In this document: one piece after another, positions 1 through 13,190 of the stretch
How the letters are laid out: each line of letters starts with the position of its first letter
Position numbering within the stretch: the stretch's first letter is position 1
Assembly: GCA_964016885.1 (NCBI GenBank)
Contig: OZ024740.1
Span: 305,908,001 to 305,972,000 of the forward strand
Source of the DNA: Eledone cirrhosa
Taxonomy: Eukaryota
Direction of reading: 5' to 3'
Length of the DNA: 64,000 nt
The notes under the pieces: generated by a model
Databases searched by the model: none
What the model was told of the DNA's origin: nothing
The model's input: the letters and a program-made list of their open reading frames with translations, nothing else
Translations under genes and position numbers: made by a program

Positions 1-250
1 TGAGGAGAGTCATGTTGCCAATATTGCCAATAGAAAGAAACACACGTTCCATCTAATTTTCACTGTCTCTTTATTATTTATTATTCATTTGTCTATCAAA
101 TTTCTTTCGTCCCACATTCTGTGACCTCCTCAATGATTATCTGTTTTGTGCCTCCTCATTTTCCTGGCCTTAAATATAACACACGATTTCACATCAAGAA
201 TCTTGCAGAACAAGTATATATATATATAATTTGTTGTATATCGTTTAAAT

Positions 251-317
<67 letters not shown>

Positions 318-319
<2 letters not shown>

Positions 320-390
320 ATATTACTAAATGGAAACTATATTTATAAAACCATAATTATTTTATTATATATATTTCAAGGGCGACCAGT
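318..390 (-). mobile_element. 3'-terminal fragment of the Penelope-like pLTR family seen at 1751-2721
   Basis: 'taaatggaaactatatttataaaaccata...tatatatatttcaagg' matches 1755-1812 and sits next to (TA)n. Confidence 0.75.
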
Positions 391-441
391 TATAAAAAGG
401 TTTAAGCTTGTTGAATCCCAACAAATTAAATATAACCTCTG

Positions 442-474
<33 letters not shown>

Positions 475-477
<3 letters not shown>

Positions 478-797
478 TAAATTTAGTCCTTCATCAGTGA
501 TCTTCCAACCTTCATTGGTATTTCATCGTTTTAAAGACCATATACCTCCGGTTGGTGCGAGCAACGGTTAAAGAAAGTCGTTGGGACACGTAAATAAGGG
601 GAACGAGCGAGACAGTAAACAATCAAAGATGGTAATGCAACGAAAAGTGAGGAAGAAGGAGTCAAGTCCCTGAAATCGATGAACATAAGTTCTGTGAAAT
701 CGTGGACGAGAGAGAATAAAGACCATCAAACCTGGTCGAAATGTGAGTAAGGAAAGAATTTCGCACAGGTCAAATGGGAGGAAGGAGTCAAGTCCCT
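475..797 (-). mobile_element. Partial copy A of a non-coding retrozyme-like element
   Basis: Collinear similarity to 51400-51710, 17072-17430 and (reverse) 55363-55920; flanked by (TA)n on both sides. Confidence 0.8.
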
Positions 798-807
798 ATA
801 TATATAT

Positions 808-950
808 AACGAAGGAAATGTGGTAAGGAACCAGGTGGACTATAACGCACCAAAGTACTCAATACTTAGGGTAGTAGAGTGGGTAATAGGAATTAGTCCA
901 GAATTAGCCATCGAAACGGCTTGAGCTCAGCCGTCGGGGTCCTACTCGTT

Positions 951-955
<5 letters not shown>
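808..955. repeat. Short (TA)n-embedded interspersed repeat
   Basis: Reverse-complement copy at 26393-26490 ('ttccttaccacatttccttcgttata'). Confidence 0.75.
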
Positions 956-1010
<55 letters not shown>

Positions 1011-1038
1011 CGTGTGTGATGAAAGAACTTTGATAGAC

Positions 1039-1069
<31 letters not shown>

Positions 1070-1306
1070 TTTTAATCGTTGGTCAATGATAAACATTGAT
1101 TGCCAGCTAGATTAACTATAGGGATATAAAATATACAGAAGCGAAAACCAATCCAAACCAAACACTGAGCGTGTTTTATTATTTCTGGCAATATTATAAC
1201 AATATAACCCTCCCCAAATATAACACTCGTTCTCTCTCTATATATATATATCGGCTCTCTCATTTCTAGCTCAACCATTATGTACATGTATATCTGTGTG
1301 TGTGTG

Positions 1307-1405
<99 letters not shown>

Positions 1406-1638
1406 AGGGGGGTGGGGGTGATGGTGTCGTGTAAAGTACTTATTAAACATTAACTACTTCAGCGTCTTTACCTTTCACTCCTTTAAATACAGACACGACA
1501 GTGATGAGGATAAACACTTGACCACTGGTGTCAAACTGTGACCCCCTTATCAGAAGGACATTGGGGTACCCACTGACATCTTGCCGATTAGAACAGTAAT
1601 CTATCTCTCTATCTCTCTCACCTTCTCTCATCAGTCCC

Positions 1639-1730
<92 letters not shown>

Positions 1731-1780
1731 ATATATATATATATATACGATATTAATAAATGGAAACTATATTTATAAAA

Positions 1781-1857
1781 CCATATTTATTTCATTATAT
1801 ATATTTGAAGGATACCAAGTTACATTATGGTATGCCTTCATCAGACAAAATACAATA
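1781..1857 (-). ncRNA. Type I minimal hammerhead ribozyme copy with mutated core (GAAA->CAAA)
   Basis: Minus strand: tattgtattttgt CTGATGA aggcatacca..tggtatcctt CAAA tatata ta atgaaata. Confidence 0.7.
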
Positions 1858-3729
1858 TATAACAGTTTTATAAATAGACATTGACGTACCCCTTTTAAAA
1901 AATTGACCGTTGTTTTTGGAGGCCATCAGGATAGTGATTTGTTTACTTTAGTAAGTCATAGTGTTAAGAGTAAGTAAAAAGATGGAGAGAGAGAGAGAAA
2001 CGTGGAGAAAAGAATGGGAGAGATAGATAAAGAAAAAAGAAGAAAACAAAAAGAAAAGAGAACAGAGGAAAAATAACGGGGAGATATCAAACCATCAGAC
2101 AGAGAAAAAATCCAGAGAGAGATATATAGAGATAGAGAGAGGGGGGAGAGAACGAAAGCCTTAAGTTATGTTAAGTTGAGTTAACAATTGGGATGAAAAG
2201 CATAAATAAAATTAGAAATATTAATGAATGGAATATAGATATATAATATGAGAAATTACACATTGTTTAATTATGATTAGATATTTAGTTTAAAATTGAG
2301 ATCAATATATTAAAAATTGGAATTTAAACATTATAAAATATATATATTGCTAGAGAGATTATCTATCGCATATTACATACACATAGGCAAAGGTACATAA
2401 ATATATATATATACACACTCACTCAGAAAATACACATTATATCTACTCCCGCACATAATATATATATACAAAGCATAAGTGATTTTTCGCCATACATTCC
2501 CTGTGTTATTAATTAAAAATTAAAAATTAAAAATTAAAAATTAAAAATTAAAAGTTTTTAGTATATATATATAAATATATAGGATTAACTTTCATGCATT
2601 TATGGCTGTTAAGTTATGCATATCTGCAATCAAAAACTGCATGTGTAAGCCTGTACATTCACATCCATAATTCTTAGCTATACATGAATAGATATGTGTG
2701 TGCATCTTCAATTGGTATACACGCGTCACTCATGCATATATACAGACAGACATATAATCATAAAAAAAGCATATAACACATGTATATGTATGTCAACACA
2801 CACATATAGATACATTAGCCGTATATAGATATAATCAACATATAACATAGTACAATTGAGTATATAAAATACAAAAGGATTATATTTTGGAAATATAATT
2901 ATATCAATATAACTTAAAAAGCAAACCAATTCTACAAATATCAAAATACTAAAATATCCCCAAATATTATAGAATATTTTAAGTTAAAATAATATGTTTA
3001 ATATATTTAGTATAGAAATTAATCTTACGTATATTTTAATCAAGATATTGAAAGGACAAACTTTTGAAAATTATGAGAAGCTATCAGAATAAAAAATAAA
3101 TCTAATAAAAATTGAGAAGCTATCAGAATAAAAACAAATCTAATAAAAACAAATCTAATAAAAATAAAAAATAAAATGAAAAATAAAATGAATCTAATAA
3201 AAAAAAAATAAAATGAATCTAATAAAAAAATGAATCTAATAAAAAAATATAAATCTAATAAAAAATAAAATATTATATCAATATAACTTAAAAAACAAGG
3301 ATTCTACAGATATCAAAATATTAAAAAGTTTAAAAATAAAAATAAAAAATAAAAAATAAAAAATAAAGAAATTTTAAAAAATTTAAAAAAAATCTTTAAA
3401 AAATTTCAAAAAATTTTAAAAAATTAAAAAAAAATCTTTAAAATTTCAAAAATTTTAAAAATTAAAAAAAAAAAAAATTTTTTTTAACTCTTAAAATATA
3501 GAATATTTTAAGCTAAAATAATATGTTTAGTATAGAAATTTATCTTACGTATATTTTATTCAAGATATTGAAAGGATAAACTTTTCTAGAATAGTTTATT
3601 ATATTTATAATTATATTTATGAAGAAAATTTATACTTGGGTACTTAACCAAAGAAAATGAAAAAGGTGAAGGAATCTAATGATTTATCGACAGGTTAGAT
3701 ATATTAACTAAATTACTTAATTAATTAAA

Positions 3730-5410
3730 CTACATTTTAAATTTATATTTATATTTAAACGTTGAGTTCAATCTATGTCTGCAGCAACTGAATAAATTAT
3801 TCCTTAAATTAAGGGAATCTTTGGTCTTTAATATAAAAAATATTTCCTCTATACAAAGGTCACAATTTTCTGAAGAGGAATTAAAAGGAGTAGCTTTTGA
3901 AATAATATTCCAAATCAGCGAATATTCAACATTATCTCGTTTTAGGTCCCATAATAGGCTAGATAGCGAAGTTGAAGATTTTTTGTTTGGATCTGTAAAA
4001 GAATTTTTATGATTATTGAAGCGGGATTTAAATTCTGTAGAGGTAGAACAGACATAGTTAAATGAATTTAAATTAGCTTTAACATTACACTTATAAACTA
4101 CATTTTTAGCTAAGCAGTTGTTATTTAACGGACAGTTGGATTTATTTCTACAGTTACAGTTATTCGATTGAATCTTGCTTGGGTTATTATTGGTATTTTG
4201 GTTAGGTTTTAAATTTCTATTATTAATTCTATTAATATTTTGCGCTAAATTTTTGGTGGAAGAGTAGGTTAATTTTATAGTATGTCTATTAAAAATTGAG
4301 TAATATTTATGTGTTCTAGGGAATCGTTTGTCAAGAGCTTTAAAGAATAGTTTAGCAATAGGGGTTTTAATATTTAGTGAGCAAGGGGGAGCGAACCATA
4401 ATATATTCCTAGTTCTATTTCTTTTTCGGCTTTCGGAGTTATAGTAATATTTTCTATTATGGTTGCTGAAATTGTTACCATAATTAAAGTTGTTGTTATT
4501 TTGGTTATTTTGTATATTATTATTATTATCGATGTATTTAATTGTATTTCTATACCCAGCTCTATCTAACGCTTCATTGTAATATATTCTTATTAGATGA
4601 AATTCTTGAAATTCGTTTTTGAACAGAGTTCACTACAGTATTTTTAACGGATCTGGGGTGATTAGAGTTAAAATTGACATAATTTAGGATCTCATTTAGT
4701 TTGTGAAATGGATAATGAAGACACGTGTTGAGATTTAGTGTTACATCTAGAAAATTGACTATTTTATGGTTATTCTCTATTTCTACTTTTAGATTAAGGT
4801 AATTAAAAAATTGTATAATTTGTTTTCTTTTTCTATTTAGTTCACAGCTATTATTTTATATAAGTAAAAGCATGTCGTCACGATATAAGCCTCCGGTTAC
4901 ATCTGGTATTTTTTTATGTAGAGAATTAATTATAAATAGGCCCACAAGGTCCGTTACCTGAGCTGAGTCTGAAGATCCCATAGTTATGTCGAAATTATTA
5001 TTTCTATCTGCCCTAGTCCAGAGTTGGTTATTAAATTCTATTAATGTTTTCCGTGCCGATAATATAATGTGCATTTCATTGCTAGTTAGGTCTGTATGTT
5101 TAAATGCATAAGTTAGTGCCTTATTCAGTAGATTAGGAGTGATAGATGAGTAGTAGTTAGAAATATCCAACTGAATAAACGTATTATAGTTATATTTAAT
5201 TTCTTTAAACCAATCGATAACCTCACTAGTCCCTTTCCATAATTTTAAGTAAGATAAATTAGGTAAATTCTTAATTTGTTGTATTACTCTGTCTAGAATA
5301 GTTTTGCTAAGTCTGCCAAGGTCAGATTTATATGGTGCAATTAATCTGACTGGTAAATCCTTTTCAAAGTTTCTTTTATGATCCTTCATATTGATCTTAG
5401 GTTTCCTTTT
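3730..5410 (-). pseudogene. Penelope-like reverse transcriptase + GIY-YIG endonuclease, interrupted by an in-frame stop
   Basis: KDHK..RLI.P.KSDLG..SK, FIQLDISNYYSSI, FDITMGSSDSAQVTDLVGL, GLYRDD. After the TAA at 4856 the frame continues [19 protein letters not shown]; downstream lie CNC..CPLNNNCLAKNVVYKC and CDLC..CRHR, with a stop at ~3730. Homologous to ORF 49433-51283. Confidence 0.9.
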
Positions 5411-5574
5411 GTATACCAATTGAAGATGCACACACATATCTATTCATGTATAGCTAAGAATTATGGATGTGAATGTACAGGCTTACACATGCAGTTTTTG
5501 ATTGCAGATATGCATAACTTAACAGCCATAAATGCATGAAAGTTAATCCTATATATTTATATATATATACTAAA

Positions 5575-5685
5575 AACTTTTAATTTTTAATTTTTAATTT
5601 TTAATTTTTAATTTTTAATTTTTAATTTTTAATTTTTAATTTTTAATTTTTAATTTTTAATTTTTAATTTTTAATTTTTAATTAA
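5575..5685. repeat. 7-bp tandem repeat (TTTTTAA)n within the pLTR; shorter mirror copy at ~2510-2553
   Basis: Direct reading; copy number differs between the two inverted arms. Confidence 0.9.
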
Positions 5686-6340
5686 TAACACAGGGAATGT
5701 ATGGCAAAAAATCACTTATGCTTTGTATATATATATTATGTGCGGGAGTAGATATAATGTGTATTTTCTGAGTGAGTGTGTATATATATATATTAATGTA
5801 CCGTTGCCTATGTGTATGTAATATGCGATAGATAATCTCTCTAGCAATATATATATTTTATAATGTTTAAATTCCAATTTTTAATATATTGATCTCAATT
5901 TTAAACTAAATATCTAATCATAATTAAACAATGTGTAATTTCTCATATTATATATCTATATTCCATTCATTAATATTTCTAATTTTATTTATGCTTTTCA
6001 TCCCAATTGTTAACTCAACTTAATATGACATAACTTAAGGCTTTCGTTCTCTCCCCCCTCTCTCTATCTCTATATATCTCTCTCTGGATTTTTTCTCTGT
6101 CTGATGGTTTGATATCTCCCCGTTATTTTTCCTCTGTTCTCTTTTCTTTTTGTTTTCTTCTTTTTCTTTATCTATCTCTCCCTTTCTTTTCTCCACGTTT
6201 CTCTCTCTCTCTCCATATTTTTACTTACTCTTAACACTATGACTTACTAAAGTAAACAAATCACTATCCTGATGGCCTCCAAAAACAACGGTCAATTTTT
6301 TAAAAGGGGTACGTCAATGTCTATTTATAAAACTGTTATA

Positions 6341-6414
6341 TATTGTATTTTGTCTGATGAAGGCATACCATAATGTAACTTGATATCCTTGAAATATATA
6401 TAATGAAATAAATA
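6341..6414 (+). ncRNA. Type I minimal hammerhead ribozyme in the PLE pLTR
   Basis: Stem I 5' tattttgt, CTGATGA (6354-6360), stem II aggcatacca/tgatatcctt, GAAA (6391-6394), palindromic stem III tatata, UA site, stem I 3' atgaaata. Confidence 0.8.
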
Positions 6415-6537
6415 TGGTTTTATAAATATAGTTTCCATTTATTAGTATAGTATATCTACTCCAAATATTTGTCGAGTGCTTTATATCAGTTATAAAAATA
6501 TTTGCTTGTTGCATCCCAACAATTTAAATAAAACTTT

Positions 6538-6710
<173 letters not shown>

Positions 6711-6726
6711 TATATACATATATAAC

Positions 6727-6846
6727 GAAATTTAATATAGAAATGGCTTCTACAGGACTAGAACTGTTTCGTTCGTATGAAATCATCAGATTCCCGATGA
6801 ATGAAAGAGTTTTAATCCTGTAGAATCCATTCCTATATTAAATTTC
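6727..6846. mobile_element. Short palindromic element beside (TA)n, same family as 24811-24936
   Basis: Arms 'tttaatatagaaatggcttctacagga' / 'tcctgtagaatccattcctatattaaa'; the centre carries tcatcag (CTGATGA on minus). Confidence 0.75.
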
Positions 6847-6943
6847 ATTGTTCTCACCCTACTTGTGTATTCATTGTTTTATTGTGTACCTTATTGACAA
6901 TGGTTTACCCACGATTTCACTCGGGATCTCTCTCCCTCTCTCT

Positions 6944-7121
<178 letters not shown>

Positions 7122-7226
7122 TAAAATAACAGATTAAAGTTTAAGCAAAGAATCGCCTTAACGGGATCTTCTGAAACTAACAAATTATTATTATTACTAT
7201 ATATATATATTATTATTATTATTACT

Positions 7227-7302
<76 letters not shown>

Positions 7303-7776
7303 AAAATATCATACATATATATATTAAAAAAATTGTCAGTAATATATTTAACATCTCAATAAACAAGATTACTTTGAATCTAATTCAAAGAAGTTTATAA
7401 ATATAAATATATAAATATCTTAATTAAGGCACAGATTAACCAAAGGAAAGATCCCTGCTTTTCAAATTGGTATCTTTTGTTTTCTTCACACTTTTTTGAG
7501 TTTGTAAGTGCATCGTTTTCTTTGGAACCACAATTCTCTAAAAACAAAAATATAATTTCCTGGCCCATAGCTTACAGTAACAAATCTTTCTATATAATTA
7601 TTATATAACACACAATGTCTATCTACCTTGTAGAGAATATATATTGTTGAATTAAATTTAATATGCCTCAAAATCAAATATGTCGGCTCGAATTCGTATT
7701 GTTCGCACATGAAAATTGTAGTTTTCACTTTTCATACATATGTATACATATACATAGAGAGATTGCGAAACATATT

Positions 7777-7908
<132 letters not shown>

Positions 7909-7909
7909 T

Positions 7910-8230
7910 ATCTCTCTATATAAAATACAATACCTGAATGTCTATCCTGTCTGTCGAGGAAAATCTTGGGCTATAAGCAATATTCTGCAGTATATTCGTC
8001 GAAGCTGAGATGGTTAAAAATGACGTACCTACAAAACTTTTAATTACCAATTTCCAAATTTGTTAACAAAAGTAATGACCACGGGGTGATTCGAATCGGT
8101 ATCGAGTTTCGAAGAAAACCTTTTTTTCTTACTTTTAAGCAACGTTCCGTAGCCTCGATTCTGGGATGGCGCTGTCGAAGGATTACTTTTACATAAAAAA
8201 AATGTAAAACTACTTTTGTGACGCAAGACA
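7910..8230 (+). mobile_element. Probable non-autonomous Helitron 5' part
   Basis: Begins 'atctctctatataaaa..tgtct..ctgtctgtc', like the complete element at 46989; 3' end not seen. Confidence 0.4.
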
Positions 8231-8399
8231 TATTTGATTTTGAAGTTTATTTGATTTAATACTTAAATATGATAAAGTGTTTGCCTTTCATCCATTCGAG
8301 GTTGATAACAAAACTTACCGGTCATGCGCTGGGGTCGATTCTTCCTCTATATCTCTTTCTAACTTCCTTTAGCTGACTTTCTATCATTCTCTGGAAGAA

Positions 8400-8525
8400 A
8401 TCTGCTGTACCCAGATGTGAAGAGGAGATGGGCTCTGCAAGCTTTAAAATACACAAGAAATGCTGTGTGTCAATACAGCGCCCCTACGACTGCCTCATGA
8501 GTTACGGGACCATGTATGTATGATA
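8400..8525. repeat. Interspersed repeat shared with 57860-57980
   Basis: 'gaggagatgggctc...ccctacgact...gagtt.cgggacc.tg.atg' in both. Confidence 0.65.
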
Positions 8526-8539
8526 AAGTGTTGGGTATT

Positions 8540-8780
8540 GGCAGGATTGGTAGAACGTCGGGTAAGATGCCTTGCGACATTTGTTCTGGCTCTTTTTGTT
8601 CTACCTTCAAATCTTGTCGACGTCAGCTTTACTTTTCATCTTCTGGTGTCGATATAAAATAATGTATCAGTCAAATACTGGAGTTGGCTTAATCTAGTTT
8701 GCCCATCTCCCAAATTTGCTGGCATTGTGTATCAATTAGAAATCGATACTTAAGTACGATAGATAAACCTAACAGCAGTG
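8540..8780 (+). mobile_element. Degenerate copy of the tRNA-derived octopod SINE
   Basis: 'ttggcagga.tggtagaacgtcgg...ttcaaatc..gtcagcttt.cttttcatc' resembles the SINE consensus. Confidence 0.6.
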
Positions 8781-8878
<98 letters not shown>

Positions 8879-9150
8879 TGTGTGTGCGTAATAAGAACTA
8901 ATTTTGTCACATGCTTGAATATCTTTTTTTACTTTAATGTTAATATGCCTAGAGATACAATATTTAGAAAAGATGCTGCTGAGAAGAAGGCATTCATCTA
9001 TTTCTACGAAGCTTCTGGGAAACAAGCATCATGTTTATTAAAGAATCATCATGCTAAGAGAAGAAGGTGAGTACGAGAAACTGAGGAACACAAGAGGCCA
9101 AACAACAAACCGAAGGTAGACGAACAAAAGTTGGCTTCTTAATCAGGCAA

Positions 9151-9834
<684 letters not shown>

Positions 9835-9929
9835 CAGAAGGGATATTCAATTTGTTGGTAATTCAACAAATATAAATGTTTATAACTGATTCAAAGCACT
9901 CAACAGGATTTCTGGAGTAAATATTCAAT

Positions 9930-10050
9930 GATATTAAATAAATGGAAACTATAGTCATAAAACCATATTTATTCTATTATATATATTTCAATGGTACCAA
10001 AAACTTTGGTACGCTTTCATCAGATAAAATACAAAGTGTGTTTTATAAAT
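9930..10050 (-). ncRNA. PLE pLTR 3' fragment containing a type I hammerhead
   Basis: Minus: tattttat CTGATGA aagc gtaccaaa gtt tttggtac catt GAAA tatata ta atagaata; homologous to 6341-6414 with a different but paired stem II. Confidence 0.8.
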
Positions 10051-10104
10051 TTTGACATAGCCAAGGAACATACCTTATCAGTTGAAGTATTCCTTGGATA
10101 GTCA

Positions 10105-10134
<30 letters not shown>

Positions 10135-10135
<1 letters not shown>

Positions 10136-10685
10136 GTAAAAGGTTAACAGAAATAACAATACAATCGGTACAGTATATGGAAGGAATATATTAGGTTAAC
10201 GCTTGAAATATCAGGAAGAGGGTCTTAACGTGTCGGACGCTAGTCCTTCATCAGAAGAAAGAATGAGAAATAAGATAGATTGAGGGGATGGGTGGGTTGG
10301 AATTGGAAAAAATGTCTTTAGATAAAAATAACAGGTCCATTCATGTTGACATCTCTTGGAAAACTGTTGGTGCTGGCGTTTTGTGTATGATTTATTTTTT
10401 AGTAAAGTGGATGATGGAGCACGTCTACCTGAAATGGAACAAAAAAAAAAACCGTTTTGTAAAAAGAGCTATACTTGTGCACGTGCGTAAACACGTGTGT
10501 GTGTTATACGACCGCACGAAGTTAAGAAGAAATATGTGTGTATATGTAAGTAAAAGAGTGTGTGTGCATGTAAGTACGAAGCTATGAGCAAAAGAATGTT
10601 AATATAAGGGTGTGTATGTGTGTATACAGAGCAGTGAAGGGAAAAGTGGAGTGAGCACATTTAGTCGGTCTGTATTAGTTATATA
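10135..10685 (-). mobile_element. PLE 3'-UTR/pLTR fragment with hammerhead-like motif at ~10222-10260
   Basis: 10620-10682 matches 14335-14398, downstream of the GIY-YIG ORF. Minus-strand CTGATGA aggac tagc gtcc GACA cgt TA aga; a related motif lies at 45341-45380. Confidence 0.7.
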
Positions 10686-10729
10686 TATATATTTAAATAA
10701 GTGGAACACTCATCATTGAAACTGATGTA

Positions 10730-11460
10730 ATGTTATTACTGTTATTCCTGTTATTGCGGTTATAACTGTTATAACTGCTATTGCTGTGTTTAGTCTTATT
10801 GCGGTTATTACTGTTATAAATAACTGTTATAACTACTGTTGCTGCGTTTACTGTTATTACTGTTATTGCTGCTATTGTGCTTATAACTGCTGTAACTGTT
10901 ATCGCTGCTATTACTGTTGTTGCTGGACTTGCTGTTATTACTGTTATTGCTGTTATTGTGCTTATTACTGCTATAACTGCTATCACTGCTGTTACTGTGT
11001 TTACTGCTATAACTGTTATCACTGCTGTTACTGTGTTTACTGTTATTACTGTTATCACTGCTGTTACTGTGTTTACTGTTATTACTGTTATCACTGCTGT
11101 TGCTGTGTTTACTTTTATTGTTGTTTTTGCTGTTATTGTGCTTATTACTGCTATAACTGTTTTCGCTAGGTTTACTTTATCACTGTCATTTCAAACATTG
11201 CTGTTATTGTTGTTATTGCTGTTATCACTGTCATTTCAACCATTACTGCTATTATTGCTATTGCTGTTATTACTGTCATTTCACTCATTACAGTTATTGC
11301 TGTTATTGCTGTTATCAATGTCATTTCAAATATTGCTTTTATTGCTGTTATCACTTCATTTCAATCATTACAGTTCTTGCTGTTATCACTGTCATTTCAA
11401 TCATTACTGTTATTGGTGTTATTGATGGTGATGATTTCGTTTCAGTTTTTAACTGTTATT
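10730..11460. repeat. Cryptic triplet-derived minisatellite (actgctgtt/actgttatt 9-mers with ~27-bp higher-order units, then 'gttatcactgtcatttcaa' units)
   Basis: Direct reading; gives rise to the TAVITV-type ORFs. Confidence 0.85.
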
Positions 11461-12124
11461 GCTGCCATTGTTCATACTGAGGCTGCATCTTCTATTGCTT
11501 GGGGTATTGCTGTTATTACTATTACTGATGTTGCAGCTACTGATTATTATTACTGCTGCTGATGCCGCTGTTGCTGCTGCATTTCGTGCTGCTATAAATA
11601 TTTCGGTTTTTGTTATCTTTGTCGGTGCGTTTCCCCCTATAGTTGTTGTTATCGGTGCTGATGCTACTGCTACTACTAATGTTGTTGTTGTTCAGACTTT
11701 TGTTCCGGTTCCAATTGTTGCTGATGCTGTTATTTCTACAGACGACGTTGCTGCCGTCGCTGCTGTTGTTGTAAATGGTGCTGTCATCACAGCCATTGCT
11801 ATAGTTATATTTTCTTCGTCAATATCGTTTTATAAGAAATATTTCAGTTTCACAACACAAACAGACGATATAAAGAATATTTGTTCAGTGTGCTGTAAAT
11901 ATTTAACCAAGTACATCCCTCTTATGAGCCCCACTGTCGTCCACCTCAATTAGATACTCCTTTATTTCCGTCTATTTATCTATTTTGCTTTCGGATCGTG
12001 GTCGCCATAGAAATATATTCAATAGCAACAGCAGGATAAAGCAGCTTAAAACAACAGGCGACATATTCATTAGCCACTGCCATATCACGCCATTTTTGTT
12101 GCTGCTGTTATTGTGGACGTAGCA

Positions 12125-12255
12125 TGTCTGAATGGTTAAGAGGTTCGCTCAATCCTTCTACGTGGCATCTTGGGCAAATGCCATTTACTGTAGCCACAGG
12201 TTAACCCATGCCTTGTGAGTGAAATCAGATTGACCGAAACTGTCTGTGTCACGGA
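12125..12255 (+). mobile_element. Second octopod SINE family, partial
   Basis: 'cttgggcaaatg..tactgtagcc..ggttaacccatgccttgtgagtgaaat..gaccgaaactg'; related to 41720-41785 and (reverse) 58205-58345. Confidence 0.65.
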
Positions 12256-12529
12256 AAGACCGCTTTTGAACATAGTAAAGGAATTTTTGTCGTCCGCCAT
12301 CTTATTTTGAAAAAAAAAAAAAATTGTTTGGGATGTTTGACAGAAAACCAAAACAAAACCCAAACAAACAGGTTTAGCCATTAATGGCTACAGATAGAGA
12401 CAATCTAACCAGCTCCCGGGGATACTGGTTAATTTAACTATAAAACAATATCAAATGCTTAACAATGGAATAACAACAAACTTACAACAGGATCTGCAAT
12501 ATGTGACGACTAACGAACAAACAAAATAA

Positions 12530-12760
12530 TAATAATAATGGTTTCTGATTTAGGAACAAGGCCAACAATTTTGGAGGAAGGAAAAGTCGATTAAATTGAT
12601 CCTACTGCGTTATTTGTACTTTATTTTATGGACTCCATAAGGATGAAAGTCAAAATTAATCTTGGCGGGATATGAACTCAGAAGATAAAGGCTGTAACTC
12701 TATGCCGCGAAGCATGTTGCCCGACTCTCTACCGATTCTGCCAATCCACCGCCATAATAA
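12530..12760 (-). mobile_element. tRNA-derived octopod SINE (long-tail variant)
   Basis: Reverse complement of the SINE consensus. Confidence 0.8.
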
Positions 12761-13020
12761 TAATAATAATAGAAGCAACAACAACAGTAACAACTAAAAC
12801 TAACAGTAATAATTCTACTGTAAGCAAACAAACTATATTGTTAAGTCATTTTCGATGTTTAGCTTGGGTCTCTGAATAGAATTTTATATATCACCTGTTT
12901 CAAGTAACAATGACAACCATTCTAGGAATTTTATTTACTTTTTCCCTCTATATATACATACACGTTCTGTCTACATATATATGTAGTACACAGTACACGA
13001 TGTGTATGTGGTAGAGGAGA

Positions 13021-13070
<50 letters not shown>

Positions 13071-13112
13071 CATCTATGTTTACATTTAAGTCTCTCCTTG
13101 TGTATATATCAT

Positions 13113-13190
<78 letters not shown>

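Larger units (their letters stand above)
1751..6447 (-). mobile_element. Penelope-like retroelement (Naiad-type), 5'-truncated, bounded by ~1-kb inverted pseudo-LTRs
   Basis: 1751-2721 is the near-exact reverse complement of 5410-6447. Internal RT-GIY-YIG coding relic on the minus strand, a hammerhead in each arm, and TA-rich flanks. Confidence 0.9.

Noticed and set aside
10693-11953. Antifreeze-like TAVITV and Cys-rich ORFs
   Set aside because: Cryptic 9-bp minisatellite, open in multiple frames.
12270-12310. Gene start MADDKNSF with a YY1-like AAGATGGCGG motif
   Set aside because: The frame runs straight into a SINE with no clear splice donor; the motif alone is insufficient.
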